From assembly GCA_963816145.1 (NCBI GenBank), contig CAWFJP010000030.1:556956-620955 (forward strand): DNA of 64,000 bases, written 5' to 3'. A program made the translations under genes and the position numbers. Below, one piece after another: positions 52,613 through 63,302 of this stretch; the first letter of the stretch is position 1, and each line of letters begins with the position of its first letter. The stretch comes from an uncultured delta proteobacterium (GTDB lineage: Bacteria; Desulfobacterota; Binatia; UBA9968). Below the pieces are notes generated by a model. It was not told where the DNA came from and made no database searches. It was given only the letters and a program-made list of their open reading frames with translations.

Positions 52613-53629
52613 CTAGCCGTTCTCCGGAATCTCTTTACTATTGCTCCGTTGAATCCAATCCCTCCCTGCGCGAATCCGCCCGAGCCACGTAGGCCCAACA
52701 ATTGCCTTTACTGCGTTAGTCAATTTTTTGCGTGCCCTCTTCCTGTTCAGAAACAACGATAGGGCAGGAAACGTAATTCTCTGATATCCTCGTTCGCACC
52801 ACCAACGTTGATCGGCATAACCGAGTTGGGTTAAGAGGTCTCCCGCCGTGTCGTGAAAGAGGTACCTTTGCATCGGGCTTAGCGCACTGTGCCAGTCGCC
52901 GCTTCGGCCCTGACGGAAAAACCCATCGGGTAACGCAAACCGGCTCGCACCGGTTCGCTGTTTCTTCATTTTTTCAAACTGGTGTCCTTCCCAAATCGCC
53001 TCGATTGTCTCGGGGTCGGCCGGTAACCCGATAAACTCAAAGACCGATTCGAGTATCGGTTTTCCAATGACCAGAAGGTCTTCGTATCGTACCTCCAAAT
53101 ATTGGCCCGCGTACTGCTTTGCTTTTCTTGCCTCCAACGTGTGTGTTTTCCACGAAGCCGCGGCTTTCTCGGTATTTTTGGGCGCCCACAACCTGCCCCA
53201 TTGTTGCGATGCCGCTAGCATCGACGCCGCAACGTCGCGTCCATCCCGGATCAAATGAATAAATTTCGCATCCGGTAACAACCGATGAATCTGTTCAACG
53301 TGCTGTGCATAACCGGGATGTTTGTCGAGAATCACGGTTGCCGATGGCTTCAGTGCTAAAACTTTTTCATAAATTTGTTTTAAAAAATCGCGCAGAAAAC
53401 CGTAGAATTCGTTTTCCGTCCAAACGGTCGGCAATCCGATGATACTGCCATCCCGGTGCAGCCGAATTTGATTGTTCCACGCGTCAACCCAAAGAGCCGT
53501 ATAGTGGTTGAAGAGCATTAATTCCGCGGTGGTACAGACATCCGGATGCGCACCTATCATCGCCTGTAACCAGGTAGTGCCGCTTCTGGGCGCTCCGATG
53601 ATAAACAGACATTGTTCATTTCGGATCAT
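52613..53629 (-). CDS. PAPS-dependent sulfotransferase
   Basis: FIIGAPRSGTTWL (5'-PSB), DKHP, IHLIRDGRDVAAS (3'-PB), VRYEDL, FRQGRSGDW. Confidence 0.93.
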   Translation of the reverse strand: MIRNEQCLFIIGAPRSGTTWLQAMIGAHPDVCTTAELMLFNHYTALWVDAWNNQIRLHRDGSIIGLPTVWTENEFYGFLRDFLKQIYEKVLALKPSATVILDKHPGYAQHVEQIHRLLPDAKFIHLIRDGRDVAASMLAASQQWGRLWAPKNTEKAAASWKTHTLEARKAKQYAGQYLEVRYEDLLVIGKPILESVFEFIGLPADPETIEAIWEGHQFEKMKKQRTGASRFALPDGFFRQGRSGDWHSALSPMQRYLFHDTAGDLLTQLGYADQRWWCERGYQRITFPALSLFLNRKRARKKLTNAVKAIVGPTWLGRIRAGRDWIQRSNSKEIPENG

Positions 53630-53686
53630 CAGAACTCCTAACTAAAATCGGGCAGGTTCGAAAATAATACGAAAGAGGAGGACTGA

Positions 53687-54547
53687 TTACAGGGCGAGAA
53701 CACGATGCTTAATGCTGCCCTGCACACGTCCGATACGCCATCCCAACTGCCGCACAAAACGTGCGCGCCCTGCCTCGCTCCCAAGATTAGGAAGTAGCGC
53801 CATCATTCGAATCCAAGGCTTTACGTTAGCCCTCCACGACAGAGTAGGCATACCGAGAGGACGATACCTCTTGTAAAGGAGAACATTGTATTCAGCCCAA
53901 TTACGCGCTTGACAAAATGTTCCTTTCAAGGTTTCACGATGGCGAATGTGAACGATGGCGTCGGGGACAAATTTGAGAGCTGTTCCCTTCAGTTGGATCT
54001 TGAAACAATAGTCAGTGTCAAAAACGTAGGGCATGGTCTCATCGAAACCACCGACGGCTACATGTAGTGCGCGCGTGACGCCTAGCCCGCTGCATCCGGC
54101 AAAGGGAAGATAGGGGGGATAATATTCCTGAACCTCGTCGCGTTGCGGCGCACCCCGAGTCTCGCGAACCCAACCGCAATTGAGCTTATCGACGTCAAAT
54201 CGAGATGCCACGAAGTCATATCGTTGAAGTGCATCTCCGATCGCCGCGACCCAGCCGGGAGCTACTTCGTCATCCGCATCCACGAATGCCAGAGCATCCC
54301 CGTTGGCAACCCGCCCTGCGGCGTTTAGTGCGTAAGGTGCCCCCTTGCGAGCGGATGCATCAATTATGCGGAGATGAGGAAGACGGCCCTTGTAACTCTC
54401 CACAATTCTACGCGACTGATCCGTGGATCCATTGTCGGCGACGATTAGCTCCCATGGTTGTGTCCAGCTTTGAGCTGAAAGTGCATCCAGTTGTGTGCCT
54501 ATTGTAGCGGCACCGTTAAAACACGGAACAATCACACTGAGCTTCAT
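53687..54547 (-). CDS. GT2 glycosyltransferase
   Basis: LSVIVPCFN, ADNGSTD, FVDADD, VGGFDE. Confidence 0.92.
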   Translation of the reverse strand: MKLSVIVPCFNGAATIGTQLDALSAQSWTQPWELIVADNGSTDQSRRIVESYKGRLPHLRIIDASARKGAPYALNAAGRVANGDALAFVDADDEVAPGWVAAIGDALQRYDFVASRFDVDKLNCGWVRETRGAPQRDEVQEYYPPYLPFAGCSGLGVTRALHVAVGGFDETMPYVFDTDYCFKIQLKGTALKFVPDAIVHIRHRETLKGTFCQARNWAEYNVLLYKRYRPLGMPTLSWRANVKPWIRMMALLPNLGSEAGRARFVRQLGWRIGRVQGSIKHRVLAL

Positions 54548-54713
54548 ATTTAAAGATCCGTTCTCTGGCACACGTTAAATGTTGCCCGCGCGGTTGTCGT
54601 TTGCTCACGTTGTGAGTCTTGGCTGTGCGCTGCCGAAAAGCCACCAGAACATTGTGGCGAAGCATCTCGAAACCGCCTTATTGTTGTTCCACCCATAGGA
54701 GCTACGACTCGCG

Positions 54714-55538
54714 TCAAACGAAATATTGCCGTGTCTCCCCCTCCTGCGCGTGGAGTCCGTTCAAGAAATTAGGATCAGCTTCTAGGTACCAGTTCTGTCG
54801 ATGCACACGCCCGCGTTTAAGCAGATCAGGCACTGTAACAAAGGAAAACCTTTTACCCAGCCGTTCAAGAATCAACGCGACCGCTTCAAGCATCGGGCCC
54901 CGGTCCGCATAACGTTCTTCAAGAGTCATATAAAGTGCGTCGTGAAAATTAATCACGCTGCCGGGCTGAATCTTGCTAATTACGTGCTCCGCCATCCAAT
55001 TCGCACCGTAATCCAACCAATCCTTGGCAACGACATTCCAATTCACTACCTGGTAACCGAGCCAATATGCGTCGAAGCGGGACGCCAAATTTTGATGGCC
55101 ATAGGGAGGACGAAAGAGTTTGTCCCCGTACGGAGCGAGCGCCCTGGCACAGTCACGCATTTGTTGTAAACGTTCGCGCCTGCTGATCAGCGGAAAGGAC
55201 GGATGATTCCAGGAATGATTCCCGATCGCATGCCCTCCAAGGGCGACTCTACGTACCAGGTCGGGATGGTTTTGGGCTACCTTGCCAATCATGAAAAATG
55301 TTCCTTTGGCGCCATGTCGTTCCAATACGTCAAGCAACGGAGGTGTGAATCCCGGGTGCGGACCGTCATCGAATGTGAGCGCCGCGACTGGCTCTTGGGT
55401 ATCAATGTGAGTTATTGTTCCGAGAAGATTGCGTACGCACACGTCAAACAAATACCCGGGGATTTTTGCGATTCGCTCAAAGGCCATTCTCTTTTCCTTT
55501 TTTAGTCTGACGTCAGGATCAGCCAACACAGCATTCAT
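54714..55538 (-). CDS. Polysaccharide deacetylase (CE4/NodB)
   Basis: ALTFDDGP, IGNHSWNH, FRPPYG, AKDW, NFHD; start may be 55487. Confidence 0.92.
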   Translation of the reverse strand: MNAVLADPDVRLKKEKRMAFERIAKIPGYLFDVCVRNLLGTITHIDTQEPVAALTFDDGPHPGFTPPLLDVLERHGAKGTFFMIGKVAQNHPDLVRRVALGGHAIGNHSWNHPSFPLISRRERLQQMRDCARALAPYGDKLFRPPYGHQNLASRFDAYWLGYQVVNWNVVAKDWLDYGANWMAEHVISKIQPGSVINFHDALYMTLEERYADRGPMLEAVALILERLGKRFSFVTVPDLLKRGRVHRQNWYLEADPNFLNGLHAQEGETRQYFV

Positions 55539-55576
55539 TCGAATAGGACCGCATCGTAGAGCGCGCCGATCAGAGT

Positions 55577-56920
55577 CTAAGGCAGATTCGGTAGCGCGTT
55601 TAGATGCCTAGGCAAAGAACGGCTCTCTTCCATGTCAATTCGATCTATTTCCCAATTAAGCAGAGGTGTCAGGACGCCGGAGCGATCCGAGTTGAAATGG
55701 TACCCCACCTCGCTCACGTCAAAAGACAATATATGCTCATGGTACGTCAGCACCTTTACGTTAACGCCGGGGCCCACAGATAATAGGTACCGTCCCGGCC
55801 TGAGTAAATGCGGAGGAATTGTACAAGTGGATCTGTATAAGCCGGCATCTCTAGCGCGGCCCTTCCACGCAGTGGTGTCCGTGTCCCACGACACCCATAA
55901 AATATTACCCAACGTATCTGTTATCCGATGACGTATGTTGAAATTCTGAATTTTGGCGACTAATTCGTATTCGATCTCTACTTTGAAGTGTTTGTCATAG
56001 TCGACTACCGCTGCGGGTTGACCATCTCGTACTACGATTTGCGCTGACACAATTCGCACCGGCACTGTCGGCGAACTCGGATCGGGATTAACCCATTGCG
56101 CGGCACTTTCGCTACCAGACAAAAGATAAGACGACACTACCTTAGATGGCGAACCATCCAAATATATTTGCCCACTCTCAATCCAGAGAGCGCGGCTGCA
56201 TAGCTGCGTAATGGCGCCCATATTATGGCTGACAAATAGTACCGTGCGTCCATGTCTCGCCACGTCACCAATTTTCCCCAAGCATTTTTGCTGAAACGAC
56301 GCATCCCCAACTGCCAGCACTTCATCAACTAGAAGTATCTCGGGTTCCAGATGAGCTGCGACGGCAAAGGCGAGCCGTAAATACATGCCGCTTGAATAGT
56401 GTTTAACCGGTGTATCGATGAATTTTTCTGTTTCCGCAAAAGCTATGATCTCGTCAAACTTTCGACTGATCTCATTTTTTGTCATTCCCAAGATAGCGCC
56501 GTTGAGATAGATATTTTCTCGACCGGTTAGCTCAGGATGAAACCCAGTGCCAACCTCAAGTAGGGAACCGACGCGACCATAAATGTCCACGGTTCCTGTC
56601 GTTGGCTCAGTTATACGAGAAAGGATTTTCAGAAAGGTGCTTTTACCGGCACCGTTACGGCCAATGACCCCGACAATTTCGCCGCGCTCAATTTTACATG
56701 ACAGATCCCTGAGAGCCCAGAATGTACTAGTTCCATTCTCACCAGAGATCGGCCGGCGGACGGTCGCGTGGGAGCTGTATCCAAGAGACGCGCTCAAACG
56801 GCGTAGCGGAGCCATCGCAGCATTGGTCACAGTATCGCGCAAGGTCTTGTACCCAACACCCCGGCTGCCAATACGATACTGCTTGCCGAGGTTCGCGATT
56901 TGGATAGCGATGTCGTTCAT
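55577..56920 (-). CDS. wzt: Polysaccharide ABC exporter ATPase with C-terminal Wzt-C domain
   Basis: GRNGAGKST, GTGFHPELTGREN, YSSGMYLRLAF, DEVLAVGD, VSH; C-terminal Ig-like extension. Confidence 0.93.
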   Translation of the reverse strand: MNDIAIQIANLGKQYRIGSRGVGYKTLRDTVTNAAMAPLRRLSASLGYSSHATVRRPISGENGTSTFWALRDLSCKIERGEIVGVIGRNGAGKSTFLKILSRITEPTTGTVDIYGRVGSLLEVGTGFHPELTGRENIYLNGAILGMTKNEISRKFDEIIAFAETEKFIDTPVKHYSSGMYLRLAFAVAAHLEPEILLVDEVLAVGDASFQQKCLGKIGDVARHGRTVLFVSHNMGAITQLCSRALWIESGQIYLDGSPSKVVSSYLLSGSESAAQWVNPDPSSPTVPVRIVSAQIVVRDGQPAAVVDYDKHFKVEIEYELVAKIQNFNIRHRITDTLGNILWVSWDTDTTAWKGRARDAGLYRSTCTIPPHLLRPGRYLLSVGPGVNVKVLTYHEHILSFDVSEVGYHFNSDRSGVLTPLLNWEIDRIDMEESRSLPRHLNALPNLP

Positions 56921-56928
56921 AAAACTAT

Positions 56929-56972
56929 TTGAGAGTTGTGATGAGTCGAGAGTTGAGAGTCTAGAGTGAGTT
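56929..56972. repeat. Degenerate heptamer (GTTGAGA-like) tract; left arm of inverted repeat around the four-helix-bundle gene
   Basis: ttgagagttgtgatgagtcgagagttgagagtctagagtgagtt. Confidence 0.7.
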
Positions 56973-56978
56973 AGGAAA

Positions 56979-57344
56979 TCAACCTTTGGGACGTTTACCC
57001 AACGAATTCCGGAGTCCGCTGAGCATTCTCGCTAAATGTTCTGCGTCCCTATAAATGAGTCCAGAAACATGTTCATCAAGAAATCCTTGCCTTTGAGCAA
57101 CTCTTATTTCCGAAACGGTTTCTAACAGAGAGCCGTACGCGATCTCAATAAATCGCTTAAATTCAATACTAGAAGACCGTGACGAGCCCTCAGCGATATT
57201 CGACGAAACGGATACAGCCGAGCGGCGCAGCTGATTTGTAAGCCCAAAGCGCTCATCATCCGGCAAACTCTGTGTAACCTGATAAATTGTACTGGCGTAA
57301 TCCACCGCCTTCTGCCACACGTCCAGTTTTTCAAACCCGAACAT
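56979..57344 (-). CDS. Four-helix-bundle protein (23S rRNA intervening-sequence protein family)
   Basis: FEKLDVWQKA...LPDDERFGLTNQLRRSAVSVSSNIAEGS.R...FKRFIEIAYGSLLE. Confidence 0.93.
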   Translation of the reverse strand: MFGFEKLDVWQKAVDYASTIYQVTQSLPDDERFGLTNQLRRSAVSVSSNIAEGSSRSSSIEFKRFIEIAYGSLLETVSEIRVAQRQGFLDEHVSGLIYRDAEHLARMLSGLRNSLGKRPKG

Positions 57345-57350
57345 GTTCGC

Positions 57351-57430
57351 CTCTCAACGCTCCACGCTCAACTCTCACCTCTCTGCTCTTAACTCTTGGC
57401 ACTGAACGCTCAACTCTCAACCCTCATCAC
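57351..57430. repeat. Degenerate heptamer (CTCAACT-like) tract; right arm of inverted repeat
   Basis: ctctcaacgctccacgctcaactctc...cgctcaactctcaaccctcatcac; reverse complement matches 56938-56960. Confidence 0.7.
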
Positions 57431-57434
57431 TTCC

Positions 57435-58295
57435 TCAGACCACATCTGCGAAAGATTTTTCCATGCGCCGAAAATAAAATGCCCCGCCCACCAGAGTGGC
57501 CAACGCGACCATAGAAGAAGCAAGAATCATCAGTCCCGGAGCCGTATCGGTTCCCAAGAGAGCCCAGCGAAACCCCTCAACCACGCCGACCATGGGGTTC
57601 AAAGCATATAGCGTACGCCAGGGCTCGGAGAGTAAACTGCTCGAATAAGCTATCGGGGTGGCAAACATCCACGACTGAGTCAAGAATGGCACAGCGTAGC
57701 GCACGTCGCGGAACTGGACATTAAGAGCCGTAAGCGCCAATCCCACGCCAAGGGAGGTGACAAGAGCGAGCAGAAGAAGGGGCACGAGCCAAAGAATTTG
57801 CGCGGTGAGGTACATCCCGTAATACCACATCATCGCCATCAGGATCACCAATGCTAAGGCAAAGTCGACGACCCCTGATAGCACCGCGGCGATCGGAATA
57901 GCCAGGCGCGGAAAGTATACCTTCGTGATCAGATTGGCACTTGCGACTAGGCTGTTGGACGATTGGCTCAAGCCGTTAGCAAAAAATGTCCATGGGACCA
58001 AGGCGGCAAAGCTGAAGATGGGATACGGAACTCCGTCCGACGGTACTTTCGCCAGGTGTCCAAAGAACAGACTAAAGATCACCATGGTAAAGAAAGGTTG
58101 AATGATCGCCCAGGCAACGCCTAACGCAGTTTGTTTATAGCGAACGCTGATATCCCGCCATGTCAGGAAATAGAGCAATTCGCGGTATTCCCAAAGCTCG
58201 CCCAGCCTAAGCGATACCCAGCCATGCGAAGGTTCTATATGGACGTGCTGCGCCTCGCCCAGCACTTTTCGGATGTCAGCTTCTGCGACGGACAT
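57435..58295 (-). CDS. wzm: Polysaccharide ABC exporter permease
   Basis: ELWEYRELLYFLTWRDISVRYKQTALGVAW, LITKVYFPR, FRDV, LNPM. Confidence 0.93.
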   Translation of the reverse strand: MSVAEADIRKVLGEAQHVHIEPSHGWVSLRLGELWEYRELLYFLTWRDISVRYKQTALGVAWAIIQPFFTMVIFSLFFGHLAKVPSDGVPYPIFSFAALVPWTFFANGLSQSSNSLVASANLITKVYFPRLAIPIAAVLSGVVDFALALVILMAMMWYYGMYLTAQILWLVPLLLLALVTSLGVGLALTALNVQFRDVRYAVPFLTQSWMFATPIAYSSSLLSEPWRTLYALNPMVGVVEGFRWALLGTDTAPGLMILASSMVALATLVGGAFYFRRMEKSFADVV

Positions 58296-58376
58296 TAATT
58301 TACTCCGTTACTAATAGGGCTCATACTGTTGGGTCCTCGTTTAGTTTGTATCCGAAGCGACCTCGCGCATGAAGAA

Positions 58377-58445
58377 AGATTCCTCGCTCCTCTCGGAATG
58401 ACATCCTATTTTGTGGTCTGTCATCCCGAACAAAGAGAGGGATCT
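58377..58445. repeat. Pair of REP-like palindromic units (TGTCATYCCGAN8AGGRATCT) in inverted orientation
   Basis: agattcctcgctcctctcggaatgaca ... tgtcatcccgaacaaagagagggatct. Confidence 0.65.
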
Positions 58446-58550
58446 ATAACCAAACTGAGCCACATCTTACTGTTGTGTTGGTCGGGGAAGATTTCTTTGG
58501 CGCTATCTTTAAGATTTTCCTGACGCAGCACCGCCATACCTGAGCCGTTT

Positions 58551-59611
58551 TCATTTGAAGAGCAATCGTTTAACCCGCGGCCAGAGCGGCATAAGATGAC
58601 GTACGGCCGCGGACCACAAACGATACTTACTTTTGTTCATCACCAGGATAACCGGAGCGGGAATCACTCGCTCGCATGGACGAAATTGGCGCTTGAACTG
58701 ATAGACGGCGCCTGATCGCGTGCCGAGAGAATAGTACTTGACACCGGCTCGGTATAAATCTCGCATTGCTTTCCAATGCAGAAGACACGCGGGACTTTCT
58801 TTACCGTCAAGCGCAGCGGTCTCGAGTGCTCCGGACATATAGACGGAATTTGAGCGATCCCGAACGATCAGAATGGCCGCCACGGGATTTCCCTTCAATG
58901 AAGCCACGTACAAGCGAACACATTGATGGGCTTGCGCCAAACGGATCAGTTCCAGATAACTCGCGAGCGGCCGATATCGGAAACCCTTACGCGTGGATAG
59001 CTCCTGAAATAGCGGCCACACGGCTTCAAACGCTTCCGGGGAATCGCTCACAGACAGATCGTAACCGACCGTCCCGGCCTTTTTTATTTTACGCCGGGCA
59101 ACGGGCTGGAAGTTTGCTAACATTTGCCCGTCATCTTCCACTTGCTCGACGATAAGCTCCTCGGAGAGATCCCGGTAGAAAGGAAAGGCATCGGTTCGCT
59201 CGCTGTATCCCAAGGACGCAATCCGGTCGAGATAATTCGCATCGGAGTGACTGAAGCGCAAGAAGGTATAGCCCGCATCCTTTGCCCATTCAGCGAGATG
59301 CTTGCAGCGCCGCATCCGAAACCGGAAGTTCGGAACCTCAGACTGACCGGGCCGCGGTGAACCAGACCGATCTTCAGGCCGGGTAATCCGATGGTTAGAA
59401 TAGAAGCAAAGGCGCTGGGCTGGTTTTGGCAATGAAAAACCAGATATTGAGGGGAAAAATACATTCTACGAAACGGTTCATTCCAATACGGGTACTGGTA
59501 GAGAGACGCCTCGGTTTGCAGCAATCGCGCATTCCACGCGCTTGACTCTGCCTGAGATATTCTCAGCCAACCGGTGTCTGTTCGAGCTTCCGGAGAGCAA
59601 AGATTCACCAC
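58551..59611 (-). CDS. FemAB/GNAT-like acyl or aminoacyl transferase; frameshift near 59340
   Basis: SLYQYPYW, VHRGPV (ORF 59117) continuing into ARRKIKKA, LLHWKAM, VYQFKRQF (ORF 58551). Confidence 0.72.
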
Positions 59612-59794
59612 TGCCGTAGAAGAAGTCTGCGCGATGATCGGTTCCGATCTATTACCAAAGCCTTATTCGAGTAATGTTGAGAAAAAGAATTTTTACGTCG
59701 TGCGAAGTAACAGGAGAACCGCAGAAATATATAGCGAAGGAAGTTCGGCTGTGCTTCCACCCAGGGACAATCTCATGATCTCGACGGTCTAAAT

Positions 59795-60763
59795 TCAACC
59801 CGTGGAAACCCGGCCAAACGCCAGCATGCCCGGACTGATAACCAATCGACAGCAAGACGCGTGATATAAAAGACGACTAGCCAAAGTCACGGACCGTTTG
59901 AGATTGGGCACTATGCGATTCGCACCGGGCGCGAGCTCTAAGAACGGTGGAGAGGGTTCCACCCAGCATTGCGTGCATCCGGCTTGCCGCAGAGCAAAGC
60001 GTATACTTGCCGGCGAAAAACCGTGGCAGTCTGTGCCTCTGCGTATCGCGGCGCTGCTCTGGCCTCTAACATTGCCCTTGAGCCACTCTCGACACCAACT
60101 GATACGCTGCAAGATTCTTCGATTCCCCTCCCGGATTAGGAAAACACCGCCCAGTCGCAAAAGCCTTCTCGCTGAATCCAGAAAACTATTCACATTGGGG
60201 ATGGTTCTCAAGACATCGACCATGGTTATCGCATCGTAATATTCTTCCCTGAGTTTGAGCCCCTCCAGAAATCCGACATGAACAGGCGCCCCTGTTTTCT
60301 GCCGTGCCCATTCGGCCGCTCTCGCTGACGGCTCCACCCCTTCCACGGTCCATCCGTCTTTGGCCGCGGCCTGCATCATCATCCCTACGCCGGTTCCGAT
60401 ATCGAGCAGCCGACCCCTTTGAGGACAGATTCTATTCAGCCGGGCGACAATCGATTCGAACCCCGAGGAACGTTCCTTATGAAATTCAAAGACCTTGTTA
60501 TCCGCGTAGTAGTCTTTGTCCCAATCGCCTAATGAATCGCCATCCGTGCTACTCTCTGGACCGTTATTGGTCACGAACCAAGCGTGATCGCAGCGATGAC
60601 ATGTTCGAAGTCCTCTACCATCCGGGAGGGCTCGAATGAGCGGACCGCGACACAATACACAACATTCGCTCGGAGTCATGGAATTGCCGTCTCCCGCAAT
60701 AAAATCCGTACCTGCTGGACGGACTATCCTTGAATCGGAATTGTTCACGCTATTAGGCTGCAT
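59795..60763 (-). CDS. Class I SAM-dependent methyltransferase with N-terminal Zn-ribbon
   Basis: CVLC...CHRC, LLDIGTGVG, GVEPS, YDAITMVDVL. Confidence 0.82.
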   Translation of the reverse strand: MQPNSVNNSDSRIVRPAGTDFIAGDGNSMTPSECCVLCRGPLIRALPDGRGLRTCHRCDHAWFVTNNGPESSTDGDSLGDWDKDYYADNKVFEFHKERSSGFESIVARLNRICPQRGRLLDIGTGVGMMMQAAAKDGWTVEGVEPSARAAEWARQKTGAPVHVGFLEGLKLREEYYDAITMVDVLRTIPNVNSFLDSARRLLRLGGVFLIREGNRRILQRISWCREWLKGNVRGQSSAAIRRGTDCHGFSPASIRFALRQAGCTQCWVEPSPPFLELAPGANRIVPNLKRSVTLASRLLYHASCCRLVISPGMLAFGRVSTG

Positions 60764-60765
60764 CA

Positions 60766-61859
60766 CTATCCTGCGCGGCCGGCTGCGCCAACCACTCGCT
60801 CGATCGCTCCGATGATCCGGACGGCAGCTCGCCCATCCCAAAGCGGCGGGGTTTCGATGTTAAGGTTATTTTGCGCAATCGCTTCACGTGCGGCTTCGAC
60901 TATGTTCTCTCTACCGGTGGACACAAGCCTATTCGTGCCGCGTTCGATCGTGATCGGGCGCTCCGTATTGGGCCGTATGGTCACACATGGGACACCCAAG
61001 ATGGTTGTTTCCTCTTGAACGCCGCCGGAGTCGGTGAAAACCACCCGAGCGCGCGCCATCAAGCCGAGAAATTCCAGATACCCCAGCGGCTCCACCAGTT
61101 TTATCGGATGCCAATCCACTTCCGAACGATAGATACGCTCGCGAGTCCGCGGATGCACCGGGAACAGCAATGGTATTTGCGTCGAGACCTGCCGTCAGTG
61201 CTCGACCGATCTCAGACAAAACCTGCAAATCGTCGACATTGGCGGGACGATGCAAAGTGATGAGTCCGTAACCGCCCTCTTCCAAGCCAAAATTATCCCA
61301 CGGCCTGGCAGCTAGAGCGCGGTCGAGATGCGACCGCAGGCTATCGATCATGCTGTTTCCGACAAAGTGTATGCGCTCCCGGGAGATCCCTTCGCGCAAC
61401 AAGTTGTCGTTGCCACTGGGTTCGGTGGTAAATAGCAATGAAGAAATATGGTCCGTCAGCACGCGGTTGATTTCTTCGGGCATGGAAGGGTCAAACGAGC
61501 GCAGTCCGGCCTCCACATGGGCGACCGGAATGAGAAGTTTACTAGCCGTGAGGGCACAGGCCAGGGTCGAGTTCACGTCACCGGCGACGACTACCAGGGA
61601 TGGTTTGCGTTCGAGACAAACTTGCTCGAAGGCGACCATGGTGCGCGCCGTTTGGTCCGCGTGCGAGCCCGATCCGATATTCAAGTCGATATCCGGCCGT
61701 GGCATCCCCAAATCATCAAAAAACACAGCCGACATTTGCGTGTCATAGTGTTGACCAGTGTGAACGAGAATCGACGCCAGCCCACGCTCCCGGGCTTTTG
61801 AATATCACCGGTGCCATTTTCATGAAATTAGGCCGCGCACCTACGACAAAGCAGATCAC
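60766..61859 (-). CDS. wecB: UDP-N-acetylglucosamine 2-epimerase (non-hydrolysing); frameshifted
   Basis: VGARPNFMK, HTGQHYD, HVEAGLRS, PEEINR, TLHRPANVD, TDSGGVQEE, TERP, WDGRAA. Confidence 0.9.
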
Positions 61860-61944
61860 GAATTCTTAACCTCAATCTCCCTAAGATGCACCGAGAGATT
61901 TGCTTTCATCTGTCTAGTAGTCGTCTGACAGTTGACAAATAAGG

Positions 61945-63206
61945 TCACGCTCGTTGTGTAATCAACTCCGGTAATGGAGCAGTCTTGGCCGGAGTTAACA
62001 AGTCTATCAGTCGCCGACTATTCAGCGCTTGATCATGTTGACGTTCAACCAGGGCACGCGCCTGATTTCCCAGCTTAATGCAAAGAGAGTTATCCTTGGC
62101 CAAACGGGCGATCGCCGCCGCCAGTGCAGACGGATTGTCGGGTGGAACTAGCAAACCTGTCTCACCATCCCGAACAATTTCTGGAATACCGGAGATTGGG
62201 CAGCTAATAACGGGGCGTCCCGTCGCCATCGCCTCCATAAAGACAGTCGGTATGCCATCCATACTTCCAGTTTTGCGATCTTTTCGGCAGGGAAGTATAA
62301 AAACGTGACAGGCCGCCATTTGACGAGCCACCTCTTGCTGAGAGATTGGGGAGCCAATTTCAACGTGATCGGTCAACCCAAGCAGTTTGATTTTGTGTGT
62401 ATAAGTAACTTGCGCAATGGTCCGTCTCCATAGACATGCACATGAAAAGGAATTCCCTGGTCGCGCAATAACGAGCACGCGTCGATAAGCGTATCGATCC
62501 CTTTCTTCTCGATAAAATTACCAATGCAAAGAATTTGTAACACCCCATTGACAGGTCTGGGTGGTGTGTCCCTAAACAGTTTCAGAGGAACTCCCACATA
62601 TACGGTCTGTACACGGTCACGAGTGGGGCTAGGTAATTCGCGTCTCAGAATATCGCGCGCATAATTATTTACAACCAATACCTTACTAGCACGACGCAGC
62701 TTCCATGGAAGAGTGTCGTTACGTAGCGTCAATTCGGGCAGTAGATATCGTACGCATGAACTGTGAAAGAAAACGGAATGCCGCTAACCCGACTAGCAAT
62801 AGCGGCACATGTGGCCGGATCCGTCGCAAAGTGGGCATGAATGTGGTCGACTTTTGCGCGCTGAAGCCGCCATCCGGTGGCTAATCCTCGCGGAGTCAGA
62901 CTCCAATAAGTCTTGCATTAGCGAACGGGTTGAAGCCTGCAGCCCAATGCAACGAAATCAACGTACCTAAAACACGGATCGGCCGGGTTACGAGAACCCA
63001 GAGGGCGATGAACATGACCTTCAGGTTGACCAAAACTGCCGCCATAATCGCGTCAGGCTTCAACTGTTCAAATCTTTCATAGTCTAGTTGGAACCGCGGA
63101 GCGGGATAATAGGCACCATTATCAGTTCATGACCAGCCTTTTGAACTTCAATCATTTCATTTGCGATAAAAGTAAAAAGCCTGGGCACGATGTAAGCGAT
63201 GCGCAT
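61945..63206 (-). CDS. GT4 glycosyltransferase (WcaL-like); several frameshifts
   Basis: MRIAYIV...TFIANE, HIHAHFA, FSFTVHAYDI, FIEKKGIDTL, DGIPTVFMEAMATGRPVI. Confidence 0.82.
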
Positions 63207-63302
63207 GTTTGCAGACTCCACTGCTAATCCGTTAAGACGATACTGGAAAACGATCCTTGCCCGCGTAACCGTAATAGCGGGTAGAAACGGATGATCAAAT
63301 AT

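Noticed and set aside
56979-57344. Diversity-generating retroelement (Avd-like protein)
   Set aside because: No reverse transcriptase and no template/variable repeat pair in the window.
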